Origin: an uncultured Gammaproteobacteria bacterium
GTDB lineage: Bacteria > Patescibacteriota > Patescibacteriia > Magasanikbacterales > GWA2-37-8
Direction: 5' to 3'
NCBI GenBank assembly: GCA_964596525.1
Contig: CAZQUL010000001.1
Location: forward strand, 332,830 to 396,829
DNA: 64,000 nucleotides
Part shown: positions 43,751-53,703 of the stretch, one piece after another
How positions within the stretch are numbered: the first letter of the stretch is position 1
Layout: every line of letters starts with the position of its first letter
The notes under the pieces: model-generated
Told to the model about the DNA's origin: nothing
Database searches by the model: none
What the model saw: the letters and a program-made list of their open reading frames with translations, nothing else
Program-made: the position numbers and the translations under genes

Positions 43751-46234
43751 ATGAATATTTTGGATCGTTTTTCCGCTCATCTTAAGCATGCGCTTACCGA
43801 AAGCATCCGCGTGGCCGGTGAGCTATCGCATGATGCAGTGACTCCTCTGCACCTTCTTTTTAGTTTGTACGCCGAACACGGCTCCGTAGCGGCCGAAATT
43901 ATCAGCCGTTTGGGTCTTGGCAACAAAAGTTTGGAGCGCGCTTTGGCCGTCGTACCGCCCGCTGGCTCGAGCCGCACCGAAACCGTAGTCGCCTTCTCGC
44001 CTGCGGCCAAAGCCGTGCTCGAAAAAGCGTTTTTTATTGCCGAAGAGCGCGGTCATACCTATGTTGGCACTGAGCATCTTTTGGCAGCGCTCATCGCTCT
44101 TGGTGATGAAACCGTCGTCAAATTCTTTGATGGTGAGAATATAAAAATCGCGGATATCAATAAGCAGATCGATACCGTGCTTGCCAATGCCAGTCATTTT
44201 CCAGAACTCACTGAGGTAACCGAAATGAGTGATCAAGGTATAGACCAGATTGAAGCCGCCAACGAGCATGCGCATGATCATCCGCCAGCCAAGAAACCCC
44301 GCGGCCGCAAAGACAATGCGCTCGAGTATTTTGCGGTCAACTTAACATCGCCCGAAGTGGCCGAAACGATCGATCCGGTGATCGGCCGCGAGCGTGAAAT
44401 AAACCGCGTGATCCACATTTTATCGCGTCGCACCAAAAACAATCCAATGCTCTTGGGCGATCCGGGTGTCGGTAAAACCGCCATCGTCGAAGGCCTGGCC
44501 AAGCGCATTGCCGAAGGCACAGTGCCAGACGTGCTTCTTACTAAAAAAGTTTATGCGCTTGATTTGGGTCTTCTTATCGCCGGCACCATGTACCGCGGCG
44601 AATTCGAGTCGCGCCTCAAGCAAGTCATCGATGAAGTGATGGCCGAGAAAGACATCATTCTCTTTGTCGATGAGCTCCACAATATCGTTGGTGCTGGCTC
44701 AAACCAAGGTACGCTTGATGCAGCCAATATTCTCAAACCTGCGCTCGCCCGCGGTCAGGTGCGTCTCATCGGCGCCACCACGCCGCCCGAGTTTAAAAAG
44801 CATATCGAAAACGATCCCGCGCTCGAGCGCCGCTTCCAGCCGGTTATCGTGGGCGAACCAACGCCGGACGAAGCGGTAGAAATCATCAAAGGACTCCGTC
44901 CGCGCTACGAAGCGTTCCATCGCGTCAAAATCACCGATGAAGCCGTAGCCGCTGCCGTCGCCTTATCGCGTCGTTACATCGTAAGTAAATTCCTGCCTGA
45001 CAAAGCTATCGACCTCATCGACGAAACTGGTGCTGCCAAACGCTTGTCGCAAAAAGGCACGGCCCGTGAGCACAAAGTAGTGCGCCTCAAACAGCGGCTC
45101 GAAAAAGCCGTTGCGGCCAAAGAAAAAGCGGCGAGCGAAGATCGCTTCATGGATGCGGTCGGCTTTAAGCATGAAGAATACCGCCTGCGCCAAGAGCTCA
45201 AAAAAATGGAAAAAGAGGCGGCTAAAGATGAAGCCGTTATTCTCGGCGAAATTACCGCAGTGGATGTAGCCGAGCGCGTCGCGGCTATCACAGGTGTCGC
45301 TCCGGCGGAACTCATGACCAACGAGCGCGATCGCTTGCTCGAACTTATGCCGACGATTCAGAAGCGCATTATCGGCCAAGATGAGGTGGTGGGAAAAGTC
45401 GTCAATCTCATTCGCCAGGGCACGCTCGGGCTCGGCAGTGATAACCGGCCGCTCGCTTCCTTTTTGTTCGTCGGTGCAAGCGGGGTCGGCAAAACCGAGC
45501 TTGCCCACACGCTTGCCGATACGCTCTACCCAGGCCGCCGCGCGCTCATCAAGCTCGACATGAGCGAATACAGCGAAGCGTTCGGTGTCTCTAAACTTCT
45601 CGGTTCGCCAGCTGGTTACGTGGGCTATAAAGAAAGTACGTCGCTCACGGATCGCATCAAACTCAATCCCTACTGTGTTCTTTTGTTCGACGAGCTCGAC
45701 AAAGCCCACCGCGATGTGATGCGGCTGTTGCTTGGCATTCTCGAAACCGGTGAAATCTCCGATGCTACGGGCCGCGCCATCAGCCTGCGCCATGCCATCA
45801 TCATCATGACCACGACGCTTGGTGCCGAAGAGGCCAATAAAAACGCGCTCGGTTTCGCTGCCTCTTCCTCGGCTGAGAGCAGTGCTGCACGCGGGCTGGA
45901 ACGCCTCAAAGACTACTTCGGCGCGGAACTCATGAGTCGCATCGATGAAGTTTGCTTCTTCCGCAATCTTACCGCCGAAGATTTTGCTGCCATCGCCCGT
46001 GCCGAAATCGAACGTTTGAGTGCGCGCCTCGCCACCCACGGTGCAAGCCTTGTGCCAAGCGATGAGGCACTCAAGCAACTTATCGCCGACCTTGCATCCT
46101 CGGGCGGAGCGCGCGAAATCCGCCGCCGCGTACGTTCGCGCGTAGAAGGTTTGGTGGCCGGCGAACTTCTTAAGAAAAAACCCAAATCCCGTTATACGCT
46201 TGGTGTAAAAGACGGGATTTTGGAGTTAAAATAA
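43751..46234 (+). CDS. clpC: Clp/Hsp100 AAA+ chaperone, ClpC-type (two AAA modules, short middle domain)
   Basis: Clp_N repeats. D1 [12 protein letters not shown]. Short coiled-coil linker. D2 GASGVGKT. Possible ClpP-docking LGF loop. The track ORF from 43529 reads through the repeat. Confidence 0.85.
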   Translation: MNILDRFSAHLKHALTESIRVAGELSHDAVTPLHLLFSLYAEHGSVAAEIISRLGLGNKSLERALAVVPPAGSSRTETVVAFSPAAKAVLEKAFFIAEERGHTYVGTEHLLAALIALGDETVVKFFDGENIKIADINKQIDTVLANASHFPELTEVTEMSDQGIDQIEAANEHAHDHPPAKKPRGRKDNALEYFAVNLTSPEVAETIDPVIGREREINRVIHILSRRTKNNPMLLGDPGVGKTAIVEGLAKRIAEGTVPDVLLTKKVYALDLGLLIAGTMYRGEFESRLKQVIDEVMAEKDIILFVDELHNIVGAGSNQGTLDAANILKPALARGQVRLIGATTPPEFKKHIENDPALERRFQPVIVGEPTPDEAVEIIKGLRPRYEAFHRVKITDEAVAAAVALSRRYIVSKFLPDKAIDLIDETGAAKRLSQKGTAREHKVVRLKQRLEKAVAAKEKAASEDRFMDAVGFKHEEYRLRQELKKMEKEAAKDEAVILGEITAVDVAERVAAITGVAPAELMTNERDRLLELMPTIQKRIIGQDEVVGKVVNLIRQGTLGLGSDNRPLASFLFVGASGVGKTELAHTLADTLYPGRRALIKLDMSEYSEAFGVSKLLGSPAGYVGYKESTSLTDRIKLNPYCVLLFDELDKAHRDVMRLLLGILETGEISDATGRAISLRHAIIIMTTTLGAEEANKNALGFAASSSAESSAARGLERLKDYFGAELMSRIDEVCFFRNLTAEDFAAIARAEIERLSARLATHGASLVPSDEALKQLIADLASSGGAREIRRRVRSRVEGLVAGELLKKKPKSRYTLGVKDGILELK

Positions 46235-46274
46235 GTTTAAATGACCGATTATTGTAAGAGAGCGAGAATTCATC

Positions 46275-46316
46275 ATACGCCCTATCGTTGACAGGGCGTA
46301 TGATTTTTGATATATT
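46275..46316 (+). promoter_or_regulatory. terminator hairpin with an embedded sigma70 promoter
   Basis: ATACGCCCT-atcgTTGACA-AGGGCGTAT followed by GATTTTT, then TATATT 17 nt after the TTGACA. Confidence 0.5.
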
Positions 46317-46451
46317 CTTCTGTCGGTACGAAAGATCCGTAGAGTGCAGTATTCCTGCATTGTGCCGGTCTTTAGTACCCTCCCTGGTGTTTGGTATCCA
46401 GGGAAACGTTCTTTCACAACACGCACTGAGAGAAGATACACGAGGTGAACC

Positions 46452-47681
46452 ATGAGCACGAATTTCGAGAATCTGGTCGTTCCGGAGAAGGACGTGAAGG
46501 CTTTCGGCGCTTCTCTGTGCCGACTCTTGAGGCTCGATCTCAAGGCTGCTGAAGCAGCAACCGCCCACATCTTCCCTGAAGGGACTGAGTTCCAGCACGT
46601 CATCGGTCAGATGGCCGATGAGCTACCCCGGGCTCTGAAGGAAGCCAAGGTGGAGGTGAAGAATCGGCACTTCCTGAAGGATGCCATTCCTGTCCTCAAT
46701 CTCTTCCGTCCCGGCATGGCCATCTGCAAGGAGTGCGGCTGCCTACCGATTTGGCGTGTGAGCGGGGCCCTGGTGGTGCGGTCCGTCGGCGAGACCTGTC
46801 CGATTCCGGAGTGCGGCCGCGTCCTTACCGCGCGCGCGACCGTGGCGGTGACCTTCAACTGGTACAAGCTCGAGATGGTGCCGGACACGGATGACAACCA
46901 TATCCTCACCATCGGCAGCAGCAACATCCCGGTGACCCGCGCCGCGGCCATCATGAATCGTCTGAACGATCGCGGTGGCCTTCATCATCAGGTGCAAGAG
47001 GTGATGGAGCACTTCGGGCTCGTCGTCCCGGACGATCTGCCGTACTTCGTCGGTGCGGTGTTCAGCACTCAGCGGCGCACGTACGAAGAGAAGCCGCTTC
47101 GTGCCGTCCTGAGCCTGAGCGCCAAGCTCTTCGATACGGATCTTACCACCCTCAACGAGCTCGAGGCGTGGGCGCTGGCGGCAGTCAACTTTAAGAAGCA
47201 GGCCACCCGCCGGGTCGAAGACATGCAGCTGCCGCCGTCTCCCCAGGTGCCGCCCGCTCCGGTATCCTTACCCAAGGGAAAAAGAGCGTTTCGTTCCTTG
47301 GTGCTAGGCTTGCTCGGGACTGCGCTGCAGCTGAATGACGACTTCGATGCTTTTGTTACCAAGTATTTTCCCCAGACGCATCAACTTCTTCCTGTTGATT
47401 TTCTGGAGAAAAGGAATTTTTTGGTTGACAAACACGGTCTGCGCGAGGTCTACCGCCTTATGCTCCAAAGCGTGAAAATCGAGGAGTGGCATCTTGTCAT
47501 GGTGCTGCGGTGGAACTTCAAGGACTACGAACCGCTGCATGCCTTTGTGAATCGTTACTTCCCGGCAGCACTGCCTCGCGTCAAGGGTCAATACGGCATT
47601 GATGCGCAAAGCGACGCTCTCGTGCAATATGCGGGCGTCCCGGCCATGCTCAAGGCGCTCGAGGCCGAGTTCTCGGCCTAG
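46452..47681 (+). CDS. hypothetical cytoplasmic protein (409 aa) with CxxC...CxxxC zinc-ribbon-like motif
   Basis: GAGGTGA Shine-Dalgarno. No signal peptide. CKECGC...CPIPECG. Roughly 140-nt structured leader upstream. Terminator GCAGCCC-tcc-GGGCTGC downstream. Confidence 0.6.
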   Translation: MSTNFENLVVPEKDVKAFGASLCRLLRLDLKAAEAATAHIFPEGTEFQHVIGQMADELPRALKEAKVEVKNRHFLKDAIPVLNLFRPGMAICKECGCLPIWRVSGALVVRSVGETCPIPECGRVLTARATVAVTFNWYKLEMVPDTDDNHILTIGSSNIPVTRAAAIMNRLNDRGGLHHQVQEVMEHFGLVVPDDLPYFVGAVFSTQRRTYEEKPLRAVLSLSAKLFDTDLTTLNELEAWALAAVNFKKQATRRVEDMQLPPSPQVPPAPVSLPKGKRAFRSLVLGLLGTALQLNDDFDAFVTKYFPQTHQLLPVDFLEKRNFLVDKHGLREVYRLMLQSVKIEEWHLVMVLRWNFKDYEPLHAFVNRYFPAALPRVKGQYGIDAQSDALVQYAGVPAMLKALEAEFSA

Positions 47682-47817
47682 ACCGCGCCCTGCATTCGTC
47701 TGATGCTCCCTGCATCACCGCAGCCCTCCCGGGCTGCTTTAATTTTACTCATTTTTGGTTGGTATATATCTCCAGTAATGCATATTCAACATCTGTATTC
47801 CATGGTATTATGGTGCC

Positions 47818-48786
47818 ATGGCTACCGTACCTCAACGTGCCAACAACCGGACGCCCGACGACGAAGCGGCGATTGCCGCTGATTTGGCGCAGGCGCGTCG
47901 TTCCGAAGAAAGTGTTTTTGACAGCAAAACTCCGGCTAATGATAACGCGCTTCCGGCAAATGCGTTCGATAATGATGTGCCAGCCAATGATAATGCCGTT
48001 GCGGCACCACGTTCCGGTTCTGCCGCCGCCGACTACCTTAATGAGCTCAACCGAACGCCCCGCGCTGCCAACGTACCGCTTGTTGCCAATGACAATGCCG
48101 CCCCCGTCGGTCTTTCCGCTGCTTACCAAGGCCCCACGTTCCAAGGCGAGGGAGACCCCTTGTTCTTCCCTACGCCCATCGACGGTGGAGACGGTGGATT
48201 GGACGCTGATGAAGACGAACAAGATGAAGAAAGTGGTTCAGGCCGTTCTTTCGACGAAGATGGCGAAGATGATGATGAAGATGAAATGATGGTACAAACC
48301 ACCGGGCCCTCACCCGAGAATTTCTTACCTGCCCTGCAGGAGGTGGAGCAGCGTCTACAAGACGCGCAGGAAGCTGGTGAACGTATTTCCAAACAACGTG
48401 ATAGTTATTACAATCGCACCGTAAAACCGCTTAAACGGGCTATGCTTCGTTCGGTCGCGATCGATACCGCACGCGCGCTGCGCAACTATACGGGGCTTGC
48501 GGTACCGACGTGGTGGTGGACCATAATCGGTGCTATAATAGATATCCTGGCGGTATTTCCGATAATCATCATTTTGTATTTTTCGGGCGCTGCCAAAGGG
48601 AAATTTACCCGCACCACGCTCAAAGATTACCGTTTCGCGCAGAATCGCCTTAAACAATTCGAAAAAAATAAAGCGCGGGCCGAAGAAGAAGTTATTGCTC
48701 TTGAGCAAGAACGGGCCGTGCTCATGGAGCAGATTATGATGCTGCAACAGCAACAACAACAGCAGCAGCAACTTCCACCCTCGTAA
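47818..48786 (+). CDS. low-complexity membrane protein (ANDNA repeats, acidic tract, C-terminal TM and poly-Gln)
   Basis: Repeats PANDNALPANAFDNDVPANDNA. D/E-rich block. TM WWWTIIGAIIDILAVFPIIIILYF. Terminal QQQQQQQQQQ. No Shine-Dalgarno. Confidence 0.45.
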   Translation: MATVPQRANNRTPDDEAAIAADLAQARRSEESVFDSKTPANDNALPANAFDNDVPANDNAVAAPRSGSAAADYLNELNRTPRAANVPLVANDNAAPVGLSAAYQGPTFQGEGDPLFFPTPIDGGDGGLDADEDEQDEESGSGRSFDEDGEDDDEDEMMVQTTGPSPENFLPALQEVEQRLQDAQEAGERISKQRDSYYNRTVKPLKRAMLRSVAIDTARALRNYTGLAVPTWWWTIIGAIIDILAVFPIIIILYFSGAAKGKFTRTTLKDYRFAQNRLKQFEKNKARAEEEVIALEQERAVLMEQIMMLQQQQQQQQQLPPS

Positions 48787-48827
48787 TCTTCATCTCTTTT
48801 AACGTAACTTAACGTAACTCGGTTACT

Positions 48828-50075
48828 ATGTCCGAAACCGTCAAACGCGTCCTCCTTATCGTTGGGCTTTTGGCCGTGGCCGGTCTCATTGGATATGGTA
48901 TTTACTATTTTGCCATCGTGCGCCCGAGCCAAGAGGACGTAGCGCCTGGCGAAGTGGTCACCCCCGGTACCGGCACTGGTTTGCCCACAGCACCGCGCCG
49001 CACCTCAACGGTTGATGTCGGCACACCCACCACACCTGTAACCCCTGGTACAGGCGGCACTACGGTTCCCACCACGCCTGGCGGTGCGTTTTATCAGCCC
49101 ACGCCGGTACGCCAGCTCGCTTCCACGACACCTAGCTTCCTCTCCATTACGCCAAGCGGCCGCGCCCGTTACCACGATCTTACTAACGGCAAGTTTTACC
49201 GCATTTTGCCCGATGGCAGCGTCCGCGCCCTCTCGGACAAAGAATTTTTCAATGTCCAAAGCGTCACCTGGGCTCCGTCAAGCGATAAGGCAGTCATTAC
49301 CTATCCGGATGGCTTCAAAACGCTCTATAATTTTGAAACTCAGCGCCAGGTAACCCTGCCAGAACACTGGACCGATTTTTCATTCTCCCCGGACGGTTCG
49401 CAAATCGCTGCCAAAAGTCTTGGACTCTCGCGTGAAAACCGCTGGCTTGTAACCTTTAACGATGATGGTACGGGCACGCAGCTTATCGAACCGCTCGGCG
49501 ATTTTGCCGATCGCGTTACCGTGAGTTGGTCCCCGAGCCGTCAGACCGTGGCTTTTTCGCAGACCGGCGAGCCGATCGGCTATGACCGTCGCCAGATTCT
49601 CCTCATTGGTCAACGCGGAGAGAATTTCAAGCCGCTCACGGTGGAAGGCCTTAACTTCCAACCGTCATGGTCGCCGACAGGGCGCAAACTGCTCTACAGC
49701 ATCGACAGTGTCCGCACCAACTTCAAACCAGAACTCTGGATCACCGATGCCTACGGCGATTCGATCGATAATAACCGTCAATCACTCAAGCTCAATACCT
49801 GGGCCAATAAATGCGCTTTTGGCGGCGACGATACTACGCTGTTTTGTGCAGTACCACGTGAATTGCCCGACGGGGCCGGTCTTTCACCCGAACTGGCCAT
49901 GGCTTCGGCTGACGATGTTTTCAAGATCGATCTCAAAACCGGTTCGCGCTCCGTTATCAATCTTGGTGAGCAGGACTATCGCATTGCGAACATCAACTTT
50001 GACCGCCAGAGCAATCGCCTTATCTTTACCGACGTGGGTTTTGGTGGCGTCTTTCAGGTGGGTTTGACCGAATAG
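48828..50075 (+). CDS. membrane-anchored TolB-like beta-propeller protein
   Basis: N-terminal TM, Pro/Thr-rich linker, then repeated FSPDG/SWSP motifs (PD40/WD40-like blades). Confidence 0.6.
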   Translation: MSETVKRVLLIVGLLAVAGLIGYGIYYFAIVRPSQEDVAPGEVVTPGTGTGLPTAPRRTSTVDVGTPTTPVTPGTGGTTVPTTPGGAFYQPTPVRQLASTTPSFLSITPSGRARYHDLTNGKFYRILPDGSVRALSDKEFFNVQSVTWAPSSDKAVITYPDGFKTLYNFETQRQVTLPEHWTDFSFSPDGSQIAAKSLGLSRENRWLVTFNDDGTGTQLIEPLGDFADRVTVSWSPSRQTVAFSQTGEPIGYDRRQILLIGQRGENFKPLTVEGLNFQPSWSPTGRKLLYSIDSVRTNFKPELWITDAYGDSIDNNRQSLKLNTWANKCAFGGDDTTLFCAVPRELPDGAGLSPELAMASADDVFKIDLKTGSRSVINLGEQDYRIANINFDRQSNRLIFTDVGFGGVFQVGLTE

Positions 50076-50101
50076 CCTTCTTAGCCTAGCTCTTCGTTTT
50101 T

Positions 50102-50761
50102 ATGGAATTCTCTTCCGAACACAAACGTTTCTATATTGCCGGTGCGGTTTTAGTAGCGATTCTGCTTATTATTTTTTTACGTCAGATCGTACGCACGAGT
50201 TCCATTGCCGTAACTCGCACCGAAGAGCGTGTCGTTAGCGAAGCGACGTATCCTATTTCCTACCCGCGCGGCGAACCGGCGTTTGGCAATCCGGGCGCGC
50301 CGGTAACCGTGGCGGTTTTTGGGGATGCCCTTACCGATGACAGTCGCGAAGTGGTGCAAACCGTGCGCGAAGTGGTGCGACGCAATCCGCGAGCGCTGCG
50401 CCTCGTATGGAAAGATATGCCTAAAAAAGGCCTTTTTTCGGACCATATCGTAGCGCACGAAGCGCTCTACTGCGCGCAAAAGCAAGATCGTTTTTGGGAT
50501 ATGGCCGATGAAATTTACGCTCGCCAAGCCGTAAAACAGGAAGCGCTCACCACTATTGCGACCAACCTGGGGCTCAACGTAGAACAGTTCACCACCTGCT
50601 TGGCATTAACTGAAACGCATGATACGCTCAGGCTTCGGCGTCAGGCGGCCGATGATCTGGGTATTAGTCGCGTGCCGGAGATTTTCATCAACAACAAACG
50701 CATCACGCTTATGGATGGGCTGGATCTGAAGAGCATGCTCGAAGAAGTGATTGCGCCTTAA
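50102..50761 (+). CDS. DsbA-like thioredoxin-fold protein lacking the CXXC active site
   Basis: N-terminal TM. Thioredoxin/DsbA topology (VTVAVFGD...HEALYCAQKQDRFWDMADEIY...ISRVPEIFIN), but LTDD sits where CXXC is expected. Confidence 0.55.
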   Translation: MEFSSEHKRFYIAGAVLVAILLIIFLRQIVRTSSIAVTRTEERVVSEATYPISYPRGEPAFGNPGAPVTVAVFGDALTDDSREVVQTVREVVRRNPRALRLVWKDMPKKGLFSDHIVAHEALYCAQKQDRFWDMADEIYARQAVKQEALTTIATNLGLNVEQFTTCLALTETHDTLRLRRQAADDLGISRVPEIFINNKRITLMDGLDLKSMLEEVIAP

Positions 50762-50782
50762 TCTTTTTGTGTCTCGACGAGT

Positions 50783-52285
50783 ATGAGTACACGTACGCTA
50801 GTGGCTCGAATCCTTATCGCGCTCGGTGCAGTGGTTGGTGTCGCGGGTTTTTCTTCTGCTGTTGATGCGGCCGGGTGTTATTGCGTGGGAGAACAGAATC
50901 TTTGCATCACCGAAAATAACCAGTGCACCGAAAGTCCTTACGAGCGTTGTTTTAGTCAAACTGCAGGCGGGGAGCCGGTTACTAAAGCTGAAGACTGTGC
51001 TGATTTTAAGAAAAATGGTCTCAAGCAAACCTATCAGGCTAGCGGTTCTCCGGTGACAGTAGAGGCGCGATTCGATACCTGTACGTACAGCGTAAGCAAT
51101 GATTGTTCCGAAGCGCGGAAATCTGCCGACGATGCTGCTATTGCCGGAGAAGCTGATGCTGATGCGGAGAAGGAAAAAGAATTCGAAGACGAACAGGAAG
51201 AGGCTCGTGCCAATCAGGCCCAACAGCTTCAGATTCGCAAACCGGTGCTTAACATCCTCATCCCCAATCTCACGTTTAGTGATATTCGTACTAGTACGAT
51301 TGATGATGAAGGGTATGTGCAGATTCCGTGGATCGGCGAATATGTGGCTGCGCTCTACAGTTTGGCGGTATCCATCGCGAGCATTTTGGCTGTTATCCTT
51401 GTCATTCGCGAGGGTGTGCGCATCATTATGTCGGGCGGTGGAGACGGAAAAATCGAGGGTTACCGCAATATCGGCCGCATTGTTGCGGGTGTTATTCTGG
51501 CCTGGAGCTCGTATGTTATCCTCTACAACGTCAATGCTAATTTGGTGAGTTTCAAACCGCTCCAGGTGCGCTACGCTGAAGGCGGTCCGATCGTCGTTGA
51601 TGCGGCGGCTGAAGATGCGGTGGATAGCGTGGGCGGACGTAATTATACGGGCAGCGTCTTTGTTCCGCCTGGAAACGGTGAAAGCAATGTGCCGTACTAC
51701 GCGCAGTGGGAAGGTCCATGGGCCAAGAAAAAACCCGGTGATCCGGAATGGCCCCTTAGCCAGGCGCAGCAAGGGCGTACCGATTGTACGACGATTCAGC
51801 AGCGTGGCTGCGGTCCGACAAGTTTGGCGATGGTGATGAACTATTACGGTGAAAAAGTGACGCCGCTTGATACGGGCCGCTGGGGGTTGGGTTGTACTGG
51901 TGCTTGGCAACCATGGGATACGTATAAGACGTTCTCGGATAAATGGCCGAGCCTTAAGATGGAAATTCTCAAAGTGCGCAAGTCCGATAAAGTAGCGATC
52001 CGTCAGAAGGTGCTGCAGTATCTTTCGCAGGGTAAACCACTCGTTTATAACTGCGCTCCGTGCGCCGGCCTTAACCGCGAGAACAACCCGGGCCGCACCT
52101 ACCGCGGTCACTATATGGTACTTACCCATATCATTACCCAGGGCGATGTGCTTGGCATGGACCCGAGCCAAGTATACGTCGGCGTTAACGATCCGGGTGC
52201 TAATGAAAAAAATCGCATCCGCAAAATGTCGCTTAAAAATATCATTGATAACTACGTTATTGCCGTCTACGTGGATAAGCGCTAG
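50783..52285 (+). CDS. secreted/membrane protein: Cys-rich N-domain, two-TM hairpin, C-terminal C39-like (papain-fold) peptidase domain
   Basis: Signal peptide. N-terminal CYCVGEQNLCITENNQC... Two TM helices at about residues 190-250. C-terminal GCGPTSLAMVMNYYG with a His in GHYMVLTH. Confidence 0.55.
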   Translation: MSTRTLVARILIALGAVVGVAGFSSAVDAAGCYCVGEQNLCITENNQCTESPYERCFSQTAGGEPVTKAEDCADFKKNGLKQTYQASGSPVTVEARFDTCTYSVSNDCSEARKSADDAAIAGEADADAEKEKEFEDEQEEARANQAQQLQIRKPVLNILIPNLTFSDIRTSTIDDEGYVQIPWIGEYVAALYSLAVSIASILAVILVIREGVRIIMSGGGDGKIEGYRNIGRIVAGVILAWSSYVILYNVNANLVSFKPLQVRYAEGGPIVVDAAAEDAVDSVGGRNYTGSVFVPPGNGESNVPYYAQWEGPWAKKKPGDPEWPLSQAQQGRTDCTTIQQRGCGPTSLAMVMNYYGEKVTPLDTGRWGLGCTGAWQPWDTYKTFSDKWPSLKMEILKVRKSDKVAIRQKVLQYLSQGKPLVYNCAPCAGLNRENNPGRTYRGHYMVLTHIITQGDVLGMDPSQVYVGVNDPGANEKNRIRKMSLKNIIDNYVIAVYVDKR

Positions 52286-52310
52286 AGTAGGATGAGCACG
52301 CTCATAACGT

Positions 52311-53654
52311 ATGGCAAACAAAAAAATAACTCCTCTTTTTGCCTGTACCAAATGCGGCGCCCAGTTCCAGAAATGGACTGGGCGCTGTTTGGAATGCGGC
52401 GCCTGGGGAACAGTAGAAGAAAGCGCGGCAGCATCTGGCACCGAACCGGTGGTGGCGCCCGGCGTAAAGAGTCTTGCAGTTACGCCGCTCTCTGCGGTAA
52501 CGAAAAGCGTAGTGGCGCGCCGTAGTACAAATGTGTCCGAACTGGACCGTGTGCTTGGGGGAGGTATCGTGCCGGGAAGCTTGATTCTTCTGGGGGGAAG
52601 TCCCGGTATTGGCAAATCCACTCTATCGCTCCAAATCGCGTTGTCTATCCCGGGGACGCTCTATGTATCGGGCGAGGAATCGGTAGAACAAGTGAAACTC
52701 CGTTCTGAACGCCTGGCATCCATACCCTCCGATGTGCGGCTCCTTGCGGCTACCGCTCTTGATCCGATTGTTGCAACCATCATCGAACACAAACCGCCGC
52801 TTGTTATTCTTGACTCCATTCAGACGGTAGCTACTGCCGACGTTGAAGGCGAAGCGGGGAGTGTAAGCCAGATCCGCGCTTCGACGGTGAAACTTCTCGA
52901 AGTTGCCAAAACACATCATATCCCGATCATCATCATCGGCCATGTTACCAAAGACGGCAGCGTGGCTGGTCCCAAAACACTCGAACACCTGGTTGATACC
53001 GTACTTTATTTCGAGGGCGACCGGCATCATGCGTATCGACTGCTGCGCGCTACCAAAAATCGCTTCGGCGCTACCGACGAAGTGGGTATGTTTGAAATGA
53101 ATGAAAATGGTCTGGCCGAAGTAAAAAATCCCTCTGCCGCCCTTCTTACTGAGCGTAACTTAGCGACCGCTGGAAGCGTATTAACGTGCCTTATGGAGGG
53201 TACACGACCGATGCTTGTCGAGGTGCAGGCGCTCGTGACGCGTACGGCATTCGGGTATCCGGTACGCAAAGCGAGCGGTTTTGACCTTAATCGCCTGCAC
53301 GTGCTTCTTGCTGTGCTCCAAAAACGCGCCGGACTGCCGCTTGAGCAATACGACGTACACGTTAATATCGTCGGTGGCCTTGAAGCCGATGAGCCGGCGG
53401 CGGATTTGGCGGTGGCGCTTGCGGTGGCGAGCAGTTATAAGGATAAAGTACTGGGTAATGATTTGGCAGCGTTCGGGGAAATCGGTTTGGGCGGCGAAAT
53501 CCGGCCTGTAGCGCAAACCGACAAACGGCTTAAAGAATGCGAACATCTGGGGCTCAAGCGCGTGCTTTTACCCGGCGCGAAGCTAGAACTCAAGAAAGGT
53601 CCGCTCCAGCTCGTCACGATCGGGAATTTAAACGAGATTATCAAGCATACATAA
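52311..53654 (+). CDS. radA: DNA repair protein RadA (Sms)
   Basis: N-terminal C4 zinc finger CTKCGAQF..CLECGAW. RecA-like GSPGIGKST. KNRFG motif. Lon-like C-terminal domain. Confidence 0.95.
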   Translation: MANKKITPLFACTKCGAQFQKWTGRCLECGAWGTVEESAAASGTEPVVAPGVKSLAVTPLSAVTKSVVARRSTNVSELDRVLGGGIVPGSLILLGGSPGIGKSTLSLQIALSIPGTLYVSGEESVEQVKLRSERLASIPSDVRLLAATALDPIVATIIEHKPPLVILDSIQTVATADVEGEAGSVSQIRASTVKLLEVAKTHHIPIIIIGHVTKDGSVAGPKTLEHLVDTVLYFEGDRHHAYRLLRATKNRFGATDEVGMFEMNENGLAEVKNPSAALLTERNLATAGSVLTCLMEGTRPMLVEVQALVTRTAFGYPVRKASGFDLNRLHVLLAVLQKRAGLPLEQYDVHVNIVGGLEADEPAADLAVALAVASSYKDKVLGNDLAAFGEIGLGGEIRPVAQTDKRLKECEHLGLKRVLLPGAKLELKKGPLQLVTIGNLNEIIKHT

Positions 53655-53675
53655 ATTTCGCCCTATAAGAATTTT

Positions 53676-53697
53676 AAAAAGCCCGTAAGGGCTTTTT
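53676..53697. terminator. bidirectional terminator
   Basis: AAAAAGCCC-gtaa-GGGCTTTTT. Confidence 0.8.
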
Positions 53698-53703
53698 GGC
53701 TTT

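Noticed and set aside
44963-46078. 371-aa minus-strand ORF inside clpC
   Set aside because: Antisense shadow of a conserved AAA+ gene.
50798-52621. 607-aa minus-strand ORF spanning the C39-like gene and the radA start
   Set aside because: Arg-rich antisense translation that crosses an intergenic region. The + strand genes have domains and ribosome-binding sites.
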